Assembly (NCBI GenBank): GCA_021604765.1
Contig: BQJP01000002.1
Coordinates: forward strand, 40,191 to 104,190
DNA: 64,000 nucleotides
Source of the DNA: Thermodesulfobacteriota bacterium
Lineage (GTDB): Bacteria; Desulfobacterota_D; UBA1144; Nemesobacterales; UBA2774
Direction: 5' to 3'
Position 1 is the stretch's first letter, and the number at the start of each line of letters is the position of its first letter. The position numbers and the translations under genes are program-made. Below are positions 21,649-31,320 of the stretch, one piece after another. The notes beneath the pieces were generated by a model. It saw only the letters and a program-made list of their open reading frames with translations. It ran no database searches and was not told where the DNA came from.

Positions 21649-22296
21649 TTAATTAGATCCCGGATCTACTACTACTTGCTCAGACTCTACCGATTCTGAA
21701 ACTGACCAAGCTTCAAGATGTTTATTTATACCATAAGGTTTCCCGTCTCTGACGTTAACAATAACAATGTCACCAACTTCAATGGTTTCAGCCTGAAGCT
21801 CTTCCATATCCTGCTTGCCTGTAACCTTCACAGAATGCATGGAGCCATCTTTACTCTTAAACTTGATTTTGTCACCGTCAACCTCAGTAACTCTACCCTT
21901 TACTGTAGTTGTATTTGCAAGATCGGGTAAATCTACATCTGGCATATCTAGATCTACAGCCCAAGGCTCTGCTACTTTAGAGATCGCATAAGGTTTAGCG
22001 TTTCTAGACATTACTACAACTCTATCCCCTACTTCAAGGGTTTCGACTTGTAATTCTTGCATATCCTGGAATCCAGTAACATTGACTTTATGCATATTAC
22101 CGTCTTCGTCTTTAACCGTAATTGAATCTCCGTCTATGGCAGTCACTTTTCCGGATACATCACCATATTCATTTGTATCATTGCTTACTTCTGCCGTAGC
22201 TGCTGAATCTTTACTGTGATCTTCGTCTGCAAAGGAATTTACTCCATAAACGAGAAATCCCATTACTAAAATAGTGGATAAAATGATTTTACTCAT
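21649..22296 (-). CDS. Secreted protein with two OB-fold-like repeats
   Basis: Signal peptide; duplicated GKVTAIDGD..V.G.QDM.ELQ.ET.EVGD unit; start set at the ATG after GGAGGTG. Confidence 0.7.
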   Translation of the reverse strand: MSKIILSTILVMGFLVYGVNSFADEDHSKDSAATAEVSNDTNEYGDVSGKVTAIDGDSITVKDEDGNMHKVNVTGFQDMQELQVETLEVGDRVVVMSRNAKPYAISKVAEPWAVDLDMPDVDLPDLANTTTVKGRVTEVDGDKIKFKSKDGSMHSVKVTGKQDMEELQAETIEVGDIVIVNVRDGKPYGINKHLEAWSVSESVESEQVVVDPGSN

Positions 22297-22332
22297 ATTT
22301 ATCACCTCCGTAATTTTGATATTTAAGTAAAG

Positions 22333-22348
22333 TGCAACAAGCATGCCA
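22333..22348 (-). promoter_or_regulatory. sigma-54 (-24/-12) promoter
   Basis: TGGCATG-CTTG-TTGCA, 37 bp upstream of the 22296 start. Confidence 0.8.
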
Positions 22349-22431
22349 CTTTGTATTTGATGTGATATTTGCTGTGATAACAGTAGTTTCAGAATATATA
22401 CGGGAGTTAGAAAAAAGGTGATTCCAATATT

Positions 22432-22471
22432 TGTAGGATCTTTAACAGTTGTATATGTGTATATGTGATCA
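22432..22471. promoter_or_regulatory. Candidate tandem enhancer sites (UAS)
   Basis: TGTAGGATCTTTAACA (22432) and TGTGTATATGTGATCA (22456), 24 bp apart. Confidence 0.5.
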
Positions 22472-22589
22472 AAAATAATCTAGATAATGGGCAGATCACA
22501 ATTCAACATATCTAATACAAATATGAGATATAAAAATTGAGTTCGCATTAAAGCACAATGAAAATGGGGAAATTTTTAATGTGGTAAAA

Positions 22590-22605
22590 TGGTATATATT
22601 TTGCA
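22590..22605 (+). promoter_or_regulatory. sigma-54 (-24/-12) promoter
   Basis: TGGTATA-TATT-TTGCA just upstream of 22621. Confidence 0.65.
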
Positions 22606-22620
22606 TAACAACTGACGTAT

Positions 22621-23676
22621 ATGAAAATACTACTACTATCACTAGCATCTATTCTAGTTTTCGTGACTATACTACCCTTGGTTCACCATGAGGCATGGTG
22701 GATACGTATATTTGACTTCCCGAGAACTCAGATTGCCATAATCGGGATCTTTATACTTGCAATATTCTTAATTTTTTACTTCAATGGCAATTTCGTTGAA
22801 ATTTCAGTTCTATTAGCGCTGTTATTAAGTGTAGCTTACCAAATCTACAGTATGTATCCATATACGTCTATTTCGGCAAAACAAGTCTTAGATAGAGAGA
22901 TTATTGATCCAGATAGAAGCTTCAGCATTTTGGTTGCAAACATATATATCAAAAACAAAAATCCTGTAATGTTTATTGAGACAGTCAAAGAATATGATCC
23001 AGATATAATATGCATTCTCGAACCTGACAAATGGTGGCAAGATCAATTAAGTGTTCTAGATGATAAATACTCTTATTCTGTCAAACGTCCCTCTGATGAT
23101 ACTTACGGTTTAATCTTTTATACAAAATTAAAACCAATTTTTGCTGAAATAAATTATATTGTAGAAGATAATATTCCCTCTGTTCAATCTGTTTTGGAAT
23201 TAAAGTCTGGAGACCTAATTGAATTTTACTGTCTACACCCTAACCCTCCCAATCCAAAATTCGCGGATGATACAACTGAGCGCGATGCGGAACTTCTAAT
23301 TGTTGGCAAAAAAGCAAATGAGTCTTCAAAACCTGTTATCGTAGCGGGAGACTTAAATGATGTGGCATGGTCTTATACCACCAAACTATTCCAGCAAATC
23401 AGTGGGCTGCTTGATCCGAGAATTGGTAGAGGGTTTTACAACACATTTCACGCGAAAATACCTATATTACGTTTTCCCTTGGATCATGTTTTCGTATCCA
23501 AATCTTTTCGTTTAATCAAACTAGTGCGATTGTCTGATATAAATTCTGATCACTTTCCAATCTATGCTGAATTAAGTTATGAACCAGAAAATAGTGCTGA
23601 ACAGGAAAAAAGGGATTATGAAGCAGGGAAAGAAGACAAAAAAGAAGCTCAAGAAAAAATTGATAAAGCCGAATAA
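22621..23676 (+). CDS. Membrane-anchored endonuclease/exonuclease/phosphatase (EEP) family protein
   Basis: WWIRIFDFPR, AGDLNDVAWS, LDHVF and SDHFP motifs. Confidence 0.88.
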   Translation: MKILLLSLASILVFVTILPLVHHEAWWIRIFDFPRTQIAIIGIFILAIFLIFYFNGNFVEISVLLALLLSVAYQIYSMYPYTSISAKQVLDREIIDPDRSFSILVANIYIKNKNPVMFIETVKEYDPDIICILEPDKWWQDQLSVLDDKYSYSVKRPSDDTYGLIFYTKLKPIFAEINYIVEDNIPSVQSVLELKSGDLIEFYCLHPNPPNPKFADDTTERDAELLIVGKKANESSKPVIVAGDLNDVAWSYTTKLFQQISGLLDPRIGRGFYNTFHAKIPILRFPLDHVFVSKSFRLIKLVRLSDINSDHFPIYAELSYEPENSAEQEKRDYEAGKEDKKEAQEKIDKAE

Positions 23677-23709
23677 TCAGCGAATTAGATTACCTTAATT
23701 AAAAGAAAG

Positions 23710-24210
23710 TTATTTGAGAAAGGGGTTTACTCTCCTAGTAGCAATTCGTAAAAGTTTTCTGTCTGATCTTATGTCTTCATCCAAAGAATTATCTAACAAT
23801 TCCGCCACATATTGTTTGTCTAGCAACTTAGCGTACGTTTTGAGTAATCTATAAGTAGCAATTTTATAATGTAGGGCTCTTTGTATTGTACCTATTAATG
23901 CAGCATCAACCACATTTGGCTGAGTGCGGCCTGATTTCGAAACAATTTCTTGAGCTTCCTCAAGAATTCCCTCCATTCCTTTGCTCTTCTTCCCTTTCTT
24001 ATTGAATTTCAAATCTTCAAAGACGCTCTCAAGGTTCAATATATGCACCTTGCTTCTTTCCAATAGTTCTTGTATTGCTTTTCTTAGATCAGGATCAGCA
24101 GCAACTTTATGGAATTTCACCATAGCTTTAACTATTTGCTTTTCCGTATTATAAAGATATTGCAGATCCGTCTCTAGTAGATCATTGAGTATATTTTTTT
24201 TCATATTCAT
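23710..24210 (-). CDS. DUF892/YciF-like ferritin-like protein (atypical ligands)
   Basis: LYNTEKQ, GMEGILEE, DAALI and HYKIATY. Confidence 0.8.
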   Translation of the reverse strand: MNMKKNILNDLLETDLQYLYNTEKQIVKAMVKFHKVAADPDLRKAIQELLERSKVHILNLESVFEDLKFNKKGKKSKGMEGILEEAQEIVSKSGRTQPNVVDAALIGTIQRALHYKIATYRLLKTYAKLLDKQYVAELLDNSLDEDIRSDRKLLRIATRRVNPFLK

Positions 24211-24329
24211 GCCTCATTTTAATTTTCAATCGCAATTATATAATACATTGTTAGTATTAATAAATACTTTTAACGTCATATACTCTAATTACTAAAATCT
24301 TAGCCTGCTCACTTCAAAAAATAAACTTA

Positions 24330-24482
24330 CTAGATACGGCCTAATAGCACTAAAACTAAAACAATAATTAAAATAGTACCGATTATCCCACCCGGACCGT
24401 AACCCCAGCTTTTACTATAGCCCCAACTTGGTAACGCACCCACTAGCAACAATACTAATATAACCAACAATATAAGTCCCAT
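24330..24482 (-). CDS. DUF3309 small membrane protein, absent from the ORF track
   Basis: Translated by hand: MGLILLVILVLLLVGALPSWGYSKSWGYGPGGIIGTILIIVLVLVLLGRI*; RBS AGGAGG. Confidence 0.9.
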   Translation of the reverse strand: MGLILLVILVLLLVGALPSWGYSKSWGYGPGGIIGTILIIVLVLVLLGRI

Positions 24483-24547
24483 TGTATTCCTCCTATAAAA
24501 ATTTTAATTGAATAACTCAGCTCCTAATATAAGTTCTCAGAATAAAC

Positions 24548-24592
24548 TCTGCCCTTTCCTCCAATATAACTATCTCTAAAAGAAAGGGCAGA
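24548..24592. terminator. Hairpin between the CsbD and DUF3309 genes
   Basis: tctgccctttc...gaaagggcaga inverted repeat. Confidence 0.45.
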
Positions 24593-24625
24593 ATGAGGTA
24601 TGGCTTATTAGGCCGTCAAGCTGTA

Positions 24626-24823
24626 TTAAACATCCTTTGACCATTCATCCGTTAATTTCTCTGCTTCTTCTTTCGTATATCCATATTTTTCCTGTAGCTT
24701 TCCTACGAATTGATCCCGCTTTCCTTCTATTACATCTAAATCGTCATCAGTAAGCTTGCCCCATTTCTCTTTGGCCTTCCCTTTTAACTGGTTCCAATTG
24801 CCTTCAATTTGTTCCCAATTCAT
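24626..24823 (-). CDS. CsbD/YjbJ general stress protein
   Basis: MNWEQIEGNWNQLKGKAKEKWGKLTDDDL signature. Confidence 0.95.
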   Translation of the reverse strand: MNWEQIEGNWNQLKGKAKEKWGKLTDDDLDVIEGKRDQFVGKLQEKYGYTKEEAEKLTDEWSKDV

Positions 24824-24842
24824 TACTTATCACCTCCTTGAT

Positions 24843-25043
24843 TTATAATATGATTTTTTGTTTGGTTTCTGCACCGCGAAATTTGTGAACTCCTCGAGTT
24901 TCCTTAATCAGTTTCTTGCATTTATTTAAATCAGCTTTTTCAGATGTAAGGTAGTTTTTGTCTCCATACTTACATAGCTCTATTAGCTCTTTAAGCTCTG
25001 AAACAATTTCTCTTCTTTTATCAAGAACTGTGGATTCTCTCAT
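24843..25043 (-). CDS. Small hypothetical protein
   Basis: ORF inside the operon with GGGAG RBS before MRES. Confidence 0.5.
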   Translation of the reverse strand: MRESTVLDKRREIVSELKELIELCKYGDKNYLTSEKADLNKCKKLIKETRGVHKFRGAETKQKIIL

Positions 25044-25079
25044 AACTACTCCCAAAAGAACTAAGAAATGAAGAAATGC

Positions 25080-25244
25080 TTATGTGACTCCGCGTTTTCC
25101 AAAAATCAGTGATATTACAAATAAAACCAGAAAAATAATAAAAAATATTTTTGCAATACCAGCGGATGCCCCAGCTATGCCACTAAAACCAAGTATCGCA
25201 GCCACAATCGCAATAACTAAAAATCCAATAGCAAGATTAAGCAC
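25080..25244 (-). CDS. Second DUF1328 small membrane protein, absent from the ORF track
   Basis: GTG start; [54 protein letters not shown]. Confidence 0.88.
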   Translation of the reverse strand: MLNLAIGFLVIAIVAAILGFSGIAGASAGIAKIFFIIFLVLFVISLIFGKRGVT

Positions 25245-25298
25245 AATTAATACCCCCTGTAGAATTAACCAAATTAGGCTTTGTGTAGTTACTATTAT

Positions 25299-25314
25299 TG
25301 CAATGTACGTGCCA
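25299..25314 (-). promoter_or_regulatory. sigma-54 (-24/-12) promoter
   Basis: TGGCACG-TACA-TTGCA, a perfect consensus upstream of the DUF1328-CsbD-DUF3309-DUF892 run. Confidence 0.88.
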
Positions 25315-25385
25315 ACTTTGAGTATTAATTAAATGGAATAATTACAGAGATTTATATTTAGAGTAGTGAAGCAGTTTGATGCCGT

Positions 25386-25425
25386 TACTGAATATTCAAC
25401 TGTTTATATTGTATGAATATCTTCA
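25386..25425. promoter_or_regulatory. Candidate tandem enhancer sites (UAS)
   Basis: TACTGAATATTCAACT (25386) and TGTATGAATATCTTCA (25410), 24 bp apart. Confidence 0.45.
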
Positions 25426-25531
25426 ATATCGCAGAATACATTGAATATAGAACCCATACTTAAAGTTTGAAAAACAAATGTCATCCTTTTATCATTGCAG
25501 ATTTCAATAATAACTTAGGAAAACTCGATCT

Positions 25532-25547
25532 TGGCACCATTGTTGCA
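25532..25547 (+). promoter_or_regulatory. sigma-54 (-24/-12) promoter of the two-component operon
   Basis: TGGCACC-ATTG-TTGCA. Confidence 0.82.
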
Positions 25548-25619
25548 ATTAATACTGCTTAATACTATTCTTAGAATGGCAAATAATCGATAATTATCAA
25601 TACTTTTTGAGGAAGACTT

Positions 25620-26939
25620 TTGACACTCGACAAACAAATTACAATTGGTTTCCTAATCATGCTCGCAATTATAGTCATGGTAAGTGCTGTATGCATGTAC
25701 AGCATTAGTGAGCTCAAGAATACGAGAACAACGATTGGAGAAGAGCAGTTTAGCTTTTCTGAATTAATTTCTGTGTTCAGTGAAGAAGAAAATAAGAAAG
25801 GCGAAGCTGGACTTACCGGTGCGAATTTGGTCGAGGCAATCAAGCTCGCTGATAATCAGATAGGTGTAGCATATATAAACATTTTTGTTGTGGCATCACT
25901 AGCCATTCTTTTTGGCGGAATTTTAACAATTATGTTCCCAAAAAGGGTTACTAGACCTATTTTAAAACTTGTGGAAGCAACTCAGAATGTAAAAGATGGA
26001 GATTACTCGTATAGAGTTGAAAAAATAGATGGTACTGATGAGATTGCAAAACTTGTTACCTCATTTAACAAAATGTTAAATACTATAGAAATTGATCAGA
26101 ATCAGCTTGAAGAAAGAAATGCTGAACTTAAAGAAAAAAACGAAGTTAATAAAAAACTCCTGGATGAAACAAGAAGCTTTAATGATAGACTCGAGAATAG
26201 GATTGATGAAGTTAAGTTTGAACTAGAGAATAAACACAAACAACTGGTAAAGAGTGAAAAACTTGCCACTATAGGAGAAATAGCAACTAAAATAGCTCAT
26301 GAAATTAGAAATCCCCTTTCGGGTATTTCGGTAGCTCTCGAAAACCTGATGAACAAAGTAAATTCCCACGAAGATAAAGAAATAACTGCAGGAATAATTT
26401 CAGAAGTTAACAGATTAGATAAGATTATTGTTGAGCTTTTCCAGCTAGCAATTCCAAGACAACTTAAATTTGAAGAAGGAGACCCAAATGAATTAATAAA
26501 CAAGGTTTGTGATCTTGTGAAGCCCAAAGCAGATTCAAAGTTAATTATGATTGAGAAAGATTTATCAGAATCTAAGCAAATGGTAAAAATGGATTATGAG
26601 CAGGTCGAACAGGTACTAATAAATCTACTTATCAATGCTGTGGAGTCCATAAAAGGCCCCGGTGGGAACATCAAAGTGAATTCTTATTTTAATGACAGTA
26701 ATTTAAAAATAGAAATTACGGACACTGGTCAAGGAATAGATCATATTGATCAAGAAGCGATTTTCCAACCTTTCTTCTCAACCAAAGAGGCTGGAACTGG
26801 TTTAGGTCTTGCTATATCTCAAAAGATATTAGAAGCTCACAATGGGGATATAGAGATAGAAAGTGAAATAGGAAAAGGGTCAAAATTTTCCGTGATTATT
26901 CCGACAAATCTTTCAGAAAAAGATATTGCCATAGCTTAG
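25620..26939 (+). CDS. HAMP-domain sensor histidine kinase (NtrB-like)
   Basis: 2 TM helices, HAMP, AHEIRNPL H-box, N-box, DTGQG and GTGLGL. Confidence 0.95.
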   Translation: MTLDKQITIGFLIMLAIIVMVSAVCMYSISELKNTRTTIGEEQFSFSELISVFSEEENKKGEAGLTGANLVEAIKLADNQIGVAYINIFVVASLAILFGGILTIMFPKRVTRPILKLVEATQNVKDGDYSYRVEKIDGTDEIAKLVTSFNKMLNTIEIDQNQLEERNAELKEKNEVNKKLLDETRSFNDRLENRIDEVKFELENKHKQLVKSEKLATIGEIATKIAHEIRNPLSGISVALENLMNKVNSHEDKEITAGIISEVNRLDKIIVELFQLAIPRQLKFEEGDPNELINKVCDLVKPKADSKLIMIEKDLSESKQMVKMDYEQVEQVLINLLINAVESIKGPGGNIKVNSYFNDSNLKIEITDTGQGIDHIDQEAIFQPFFSTKEAGTGLGLAISQKILEAHNGDIEIESEIGKGSKFSVIIPTNLSEKDIAIA

Positions 26940-26955
26940 AAAAGACAGATATTAA

Positions 26956-28332
26956 ATGACAAAAAATATACTACTAATAGATGACGAAAAATATTTTAAC
27001 AAAAACCTGGCGACAAACCTGAGAGAAGAAGGATATAACGTCACCAGCGCTTTTACTGGTGAGGAAGGGTTGGTCTACGCCAAAGAAAGCCCGGCGGAAA
27101 TCACTATAATAGATTTAAAACTCCCCGATATGGACGGAATTGAACTTCTAAAAAAAATTAAGAAAATCAACCCTAGTACAACAAGTATTCTAATAACAGC
27201 TCACGGTTATGTACAGGCGGCTGTCTCTGCAATGCGTCATGGAGCTTATGATTTTATTGAGAAGCCTTTCCCAACAGACAAACTAAAACTAGTAATCAAA
27301 AACGCTTTAAACACAGCTGATCTAAAAAAAACGGTTGGAGTAACAACCAAATTAGTCAGTAGTCAATATGGGTTTGACTCACTTATAGGAAGTAGCAAAC
27401 CAATACAAGATGTAATTGAGCTATTAAAGAAACTGTCACAGAGTGACACAAAAATGGTGTTGATTACAGGGGATACAGGTACAGGTAAAGGACTTGCAAC
27501 TAAAGTTCTTCACTATAATGGACTAAGGGCTGAAAAACCTTTAATAGAAATGAACTGCGCTGCAATCCCTGAGAACCTACTTGAAAGTGAGCTTTTTGGA
27601 TATGAAGCTGGAGCTTTTACAGACGCCAGAAAAGCAAGATCGGGAATACTAGAAGACGCGGATAAGGGAACTATTTTGCTAGATGAAATAGGGGATATGA
27701 CTTTAAACCTTCAAGCCAAGTTGATTAAAGTTATAGAAGAAAGATCATTCAGAAGACTGGGCGGCAAAAAAGATATAAGCGTAGATGTACAGATTGTCGC
27801 AGCAACTAATAGAGATTTAAAAGAGGAAGTTAAAGAAGGGAATTTTAGAGAGGATCTGTATCACCGCTTAAATGTTATCAGTTTTGAAATGCCCTCCTTA
27901 AGAAGCAGGAAAGAAGATATTGTAGAGCTTACAGACCACTTCATAGGATATTTCAATTTTGAGTTAAAGAAAAAAGTATCTATTGTCCCTGTTGAAATGA
28001 GGAGAACTTTCCAAAGTTATGATTGGCCTGGAAATATAAGGGAACTAAGAAGCACGATTGAGAGAGCTATGATTTTAAGTGATGGAAATGAACTTAATAC
28101 GAAATATATACAGATTGAAACCAATGATGAAGATATCAAAATAGAAAACAGAGACTCTAAAATGAACTTAGAGATTTCACTAGAAGATGCTTCTCTCGAT
28201 AAAATAGAAGAAACAATAATAAAAGAATGCTTGGAGCTAAATAATTGGAATCAAACTAAAACAGCTAAGATGCTCGGTATTAACAGACAGATTCTTCGTT
28301 ATCGCATGAAGAAAATGGGTCTATTGAATTAA
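26956..28332 (+). CDS. sigma-54-dependent response regulator (NtrC family)
   Basis: Receiver domain, GDTGTGK, ESELFG, GAFTDA, LDEIGD and C-terminal Fis-type HTH. Confidence 0.96.
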   Translation: MTKNILLIDDEKYFNKNLATNLREEGYNVTSAFTGEEGLVYAKESPAEITIIDLKLPDMDGIELLKKIKKINPSTTSILITAHGYVQAAVSAMRHGAYDFIEKPFPTDKLKLVIKNALNTADLKKTVGVTTKLVSSQYGFDSLIGSSKPIQDVIELLKKLSQSDTKMVLITGDTGTGKGLATKVLHYNGLRAEKPLIEMNCAAIPENLLESELFGYEAGAFTDARKARSGILEDADKGTILLDEIGDMTLNLQAKLIKVIEERSFRRLGGKKDISVDVQIVAATNRDLKEEVKEGNFREDLYHRLNVISFEMPSLRSRKEDIVELTDHFIGYFNFELKKKVSIVPVEMRRTFQSYDWPGNIRELRSTIERAMILSDGNELNTKYIQIETNDEDIKIENRDSKMNLEISLEDASLDKIEETIIKECLELNNWNQTKTAKMLGINRQILRYRMKKMGLLN

Positions 28333-28371
28333 AGTTCTACAATATGCAAAACTTTCCTAAATAAATCCTTA

Positions 28372-29259
28372 TTAATCTTTAACCCCATCATCTTTATCTA
28401 TCAATTTAATAGGTATTGGAAGCTTCTCATTATAAACTTTAAGCTCCAAAATGTCTGCAGGCATGGTAATTTTATTTTCAATCAGCGCTTTCTTCGTTTC
28501 ATCCATAACTTCGGTTTTAATCTGCAAGTCGTCCTTTGAATGATCAAATGTGTCTGTCCAGAAATAAACCGTCAAATTGATTGTACTAGTCGAAAGCTCA
28601 TTAACATGCACATCAGGTTTGTTCTCACCATCTAGTACTCCATCCACTGACTTGATCGCATTCACAATTATCTCTATCGCATGCTTTATATCATCGTCAT
28701 AATCAATTCCCACAACAAATTCGTATCTTAAATATCCATCTCTTGTGTAATTTATCAGAGGATTTTTAAGAACCATTGCATTTGGAACATAAACATCTTT
28801 TCCATCAAATGTTTTTATATGAGTATTCCTTAAATCAAGCGCTCTCACTATTCCATAAATATCTCCAGTTTCTACTTTATCTCCAATGTTGTAGGGTCTA
28901 CTAAAAGCTAAAATAATACCGGCCAGAAAATTTTCGCCTATATCCTTAAAAGCAAAACCAATAATAATGGCGGATACACCTGCGCCAGCAATTAAACCAC
29001 CAGCTATTCCACCCAAACCAAGAACAAACATGCATAATATGAGACCTGCAACTATAAATGACCATCTCGCAACTCTCCCCATAAATCGAATAATTAGCGG
29101 GTCATCCATGCGCAGAGACGCCGCACCTCTGACCAATTGGCTAAGCTTTGAAGCAATTATTAACACTATCATGAAAATGATTACAGCAATTGCAATCTTA
29201 GGTAAAAGGAAAAGAAATGTTTGCCAATAGCTTTCCAAAATCTCAATCATATTTTCCAA
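28372..29259 (-). CDS. MscS mechanosensitive channel
   Basis: GFAFKDIGENFLAG, IGDKV and VPN motifs. Confidence 0.92.
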   Translation of the reverse strand: MENMIEILESYWQTFLFLLPKIAIAVIIFMIVLIIASKLSQLVRGAASLRMDDPLIIRFMGRVARWSFIVAGLILCMFVLGLGGIAGGLIAGAGVSAIIIGFAFKDIGENFLAGIILAFSRPYNIGDKVETGDIYGIVRALDLRNTHIKTFDGKDVYVPNAMVLKNPLINYTRDGYLRYEFVVGIDYDDDIKHAIEIIVNAIKSVDGVLDGENKPDVHVNELSTSTINLTVYFWTDTFDHSKDDLQIKTEVMDETKKALIENKITMPADILELKVYNEKLPIPIKLIDKDDGVKD

Positions 29260-29271
29260 TTCTTATTACTC

Positions 29272-30162
29272 CTATTTTGCTCCATCAGACTTCTCTTCTG
29301 AACTCAGAGTATGCAAGGGTTCCTTAAAAGTAAGGGTTCTGTAAGGGAATGGAATTTCTATTCCAGCTTCGTCTAGTGCCCGCTTTACAGAAGCTACTAC
29401 TTCATCACGTGATTGTCTTATTGCTAGAGGGCTAGAACCAGTCCACCAAGTAACCTCAAAATCAATACTACTAGCTCCGAAAGCTTGAGCAAAAATCTGT
29501 ACTTCTTTATCACTATCTACGGAGTCTAGCTTGTCTACAGCTTTATAGATTACTTCACGTGCTTTATCTATGTCTTCACCATATGCAACTCCGCACATTA
29601 TAGTTATGCGTCTGCGTTCTAAATCAGTCCTAACTTTCACCGGATTTTTGAAGAGCATAGCATTTGGTAGAACAATTCTCTGACCATCTACTCGCCTTAT
29701 GTTGGTATCCCTTATATTTATATCTTCTACAAAACCTTCCATATCCTCACATTCGATGAAGTCTCCGAGCTGAAATGGTTCTCTTAATAATATTAAAATC
29801 CCAGCGAGGAAATTTTCAAAAATATCCTTAAATGCAAAGCCAATAGCTATAGAGCTAAGACCAACAACTGTTAAAAGCTTAGCTGGTGTAAAATCTGGAA
29901 AGACAATAACAGCTGCAACTAGAAGTCCAATAAACCATACTGTTATGTAAACCAGTTTGTTCAGTAACTCAATTATTGATGTACGTAAACGTAGTCGTCT
30001 TAAAAAGGATCTTAATATTTTGTATATAACTTTATTTACAAGCCAGGTTATCAATAATACAACAAAAGCAATAAGAAGAATAGGAAGGTGAGACAGAAAG
30101 CTTTCCCCCATTTTCATTACACTTCTCAGTATTATGTTTAGTGCATCCATAGTTGAGTTCAT
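29272..30162 (-). CDS. MscS mechanosensitive channel
   Basis: GFAFKDIFENFLAG and GIEIPFP. Confidence 0.92.
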   Translation of the reverse strand: MNSTMDALNIILRSVMKMGESFLSHLPILLIAFVVLLITWLVNKVIYKILRSFLRRLRLRTSIIELLNKLVYITVWFIGLLVAAVIVFPDFTPAKLLTVVGLSSIAIGFAFKDIFENFLAGILILLREPFQLGDFIECEDMEGFVEDINIRDTNIRRVDGQRIVLPNAMLFKNPVKVRTDLERRRITIMCGVAYGEDIDKAREVIYKAVDKLDSVDSDKEVQIFAQAFGASSIDFEVTWWTGSSPLAIRQSRDEVVASVKRALDEAGIEIPFPYRTLTFKEPLHTLSSEEKSDGAK

Positions 30163-30223
30163 TTAGATATTTAGACTATCACGAAAGCAATATATAGTTA
30201 AATCTGTTTCCACAACTAAAATA

Positions 30224-30550
30224 TCATTTATTATTTGTATCTATAATTTTTCCTAAAAATAGACCCAGAATAAAAGCTATCAGCAAGCTGAGTAAAGGTT
30301 TCTCAGTTATTCTATCTTCAACAGATTCTAAAGCACGACTTCCCTTATTCTTGGATTCCTCTATGGCACCCTCAAGTTCATCAAGCAGTTTAGCTGCTTC
30401 TAATTGTGCTTTTTCTTTCGCAGCTCCACTTTCATCTTTACCTAATTCAATTAACTTCGTAGTCGTTGAAGAAAGATCAGAACGCAGCTTAGCTACATCT
30501 GCTTTAAGTACTTCAAAATCCTTTGAAACATCATTTTTTTTAGTAGACAT
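30224..30550 (-). CDS. DUF883/ElaB/YqjD-like tail-anchored protein
   Basis: Coiled N-terminus and C-terminal EKPLLSLLIAFILGLFLG anchor. Confidence 0.75.
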   Translation of the reverse strand: MSTKKNDVSKDFEVLKADVAKLRSDLSSTTTKLIELGKDESGAAKEKAQLEAAKLLDELEGAIEESKNKGSRALESVEDRITEKPLLSLLIAFILGLFLGKIIDTNNK

Positions 30551-30608
30551 ATAAAACCTCCTGGGATGATTTCAAGCTATAAATGCGATTTTATATAAAA
30601 CAAAAAAT

Positions 30609-30935
30609 CTATTCAGTTTTTTTCTCATCCTCACCATCATTAGTATCAGGCATATCTACCTCTAAGGTAGGAACTTCAACTATCTTCTCTTCCATAACAA
30701 CTTTTGGTACTGTAACTGTTTTCTTTTCTGTCTTTATATCTACATCTGCTATATCAATATCGTAGTCTGGGAGCTTTCCACTCTCAACTTCAACATTTAC
30801 ATCAGGCAGCTCGCCTTCTTCTGTTTGCTCTATACTACATGATGCCTGCAACATTAAGGCTAATACTAGTGCAGGAACTATTATAAAATATTTAACAGCA
30901 AACCAGTCTTTCTCATTATTCTTTTCGTTGTGCAT
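30609..30935 (-). CDS. Acidic lipoprotein (stress-cluster associated)
   Basis: Lipobox QASC; EQTEEGELPDV...GKLPDYD...VPKV motif; RBS GGAGGTG. Confidence 0.7.
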   Translation of the reverse strand: MHNEKNNEKDWFAVKYFIIVPALVLALMLQASCSIEQTEEGELPDVNVEVESGKLPDYDIDIADVDIKTEKKTVTVPKVVMEEKIVEVPTLEVDMPDTNDGEDEKKTE

Positions 30936-30971
30936 TCGATACACCTCCTAATTGTTTGTACCAATTAGTTA

Positions 30972-30987
30972 TGCAAAATGTATACCA
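30972..30987 (-). promoter_or_regulatory. sigma-54 (-24/-12) promoter
   Basis: TGGTATA-CATT-TTGCA upstream of the lipoprotein-DUF883-MscS-MscS run. Confidence 0.72.
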
Positions 30988-31070
30988 AAAAAATAATGAG
31001 AAGAAATATTTAATGATATAAAATAGTTAGAAGTATTTACATATCAAATCTTTACTTGTATTGGATCTAT

Positions 31071-31110
31071 TGTTGAAAAATATACAGATACTACTGTTTC
31101 CGATTCAACA
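31071..31110. promoter_or_regulatory. Candidate tandem enhancer sites (UAS)
   Basis: TGTTGAAAAATATACA (31071) and TGTTTCCGATTCAACA (31095), both TGT-N10-ACA, 24 bp apart. Confidence 0.55.
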
Positions 31111-31320
31111 AATTTTCATAAGAATACTGTGTTTAAAAATTAACATTATTGAATAATCTTAAGAGAATTAGAAATAATAGTTTTTGATATGGAGCATAAA
31201 ATGTTTTATATGATCTGAGCTTAAGTATATCTAGAAAGATTTAGCATATTTGAGAAAACTAACCCCATATTGCCATATATTGGCAATTTATATTCACTTT
31301 ATAAAAAATTTACATCCTTA

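Noticed and set aside
25084-25332. 82-aa plus-strand ORF
   Set aside because: Antisense shadow of the DUF1328 gene at 25080-25244.
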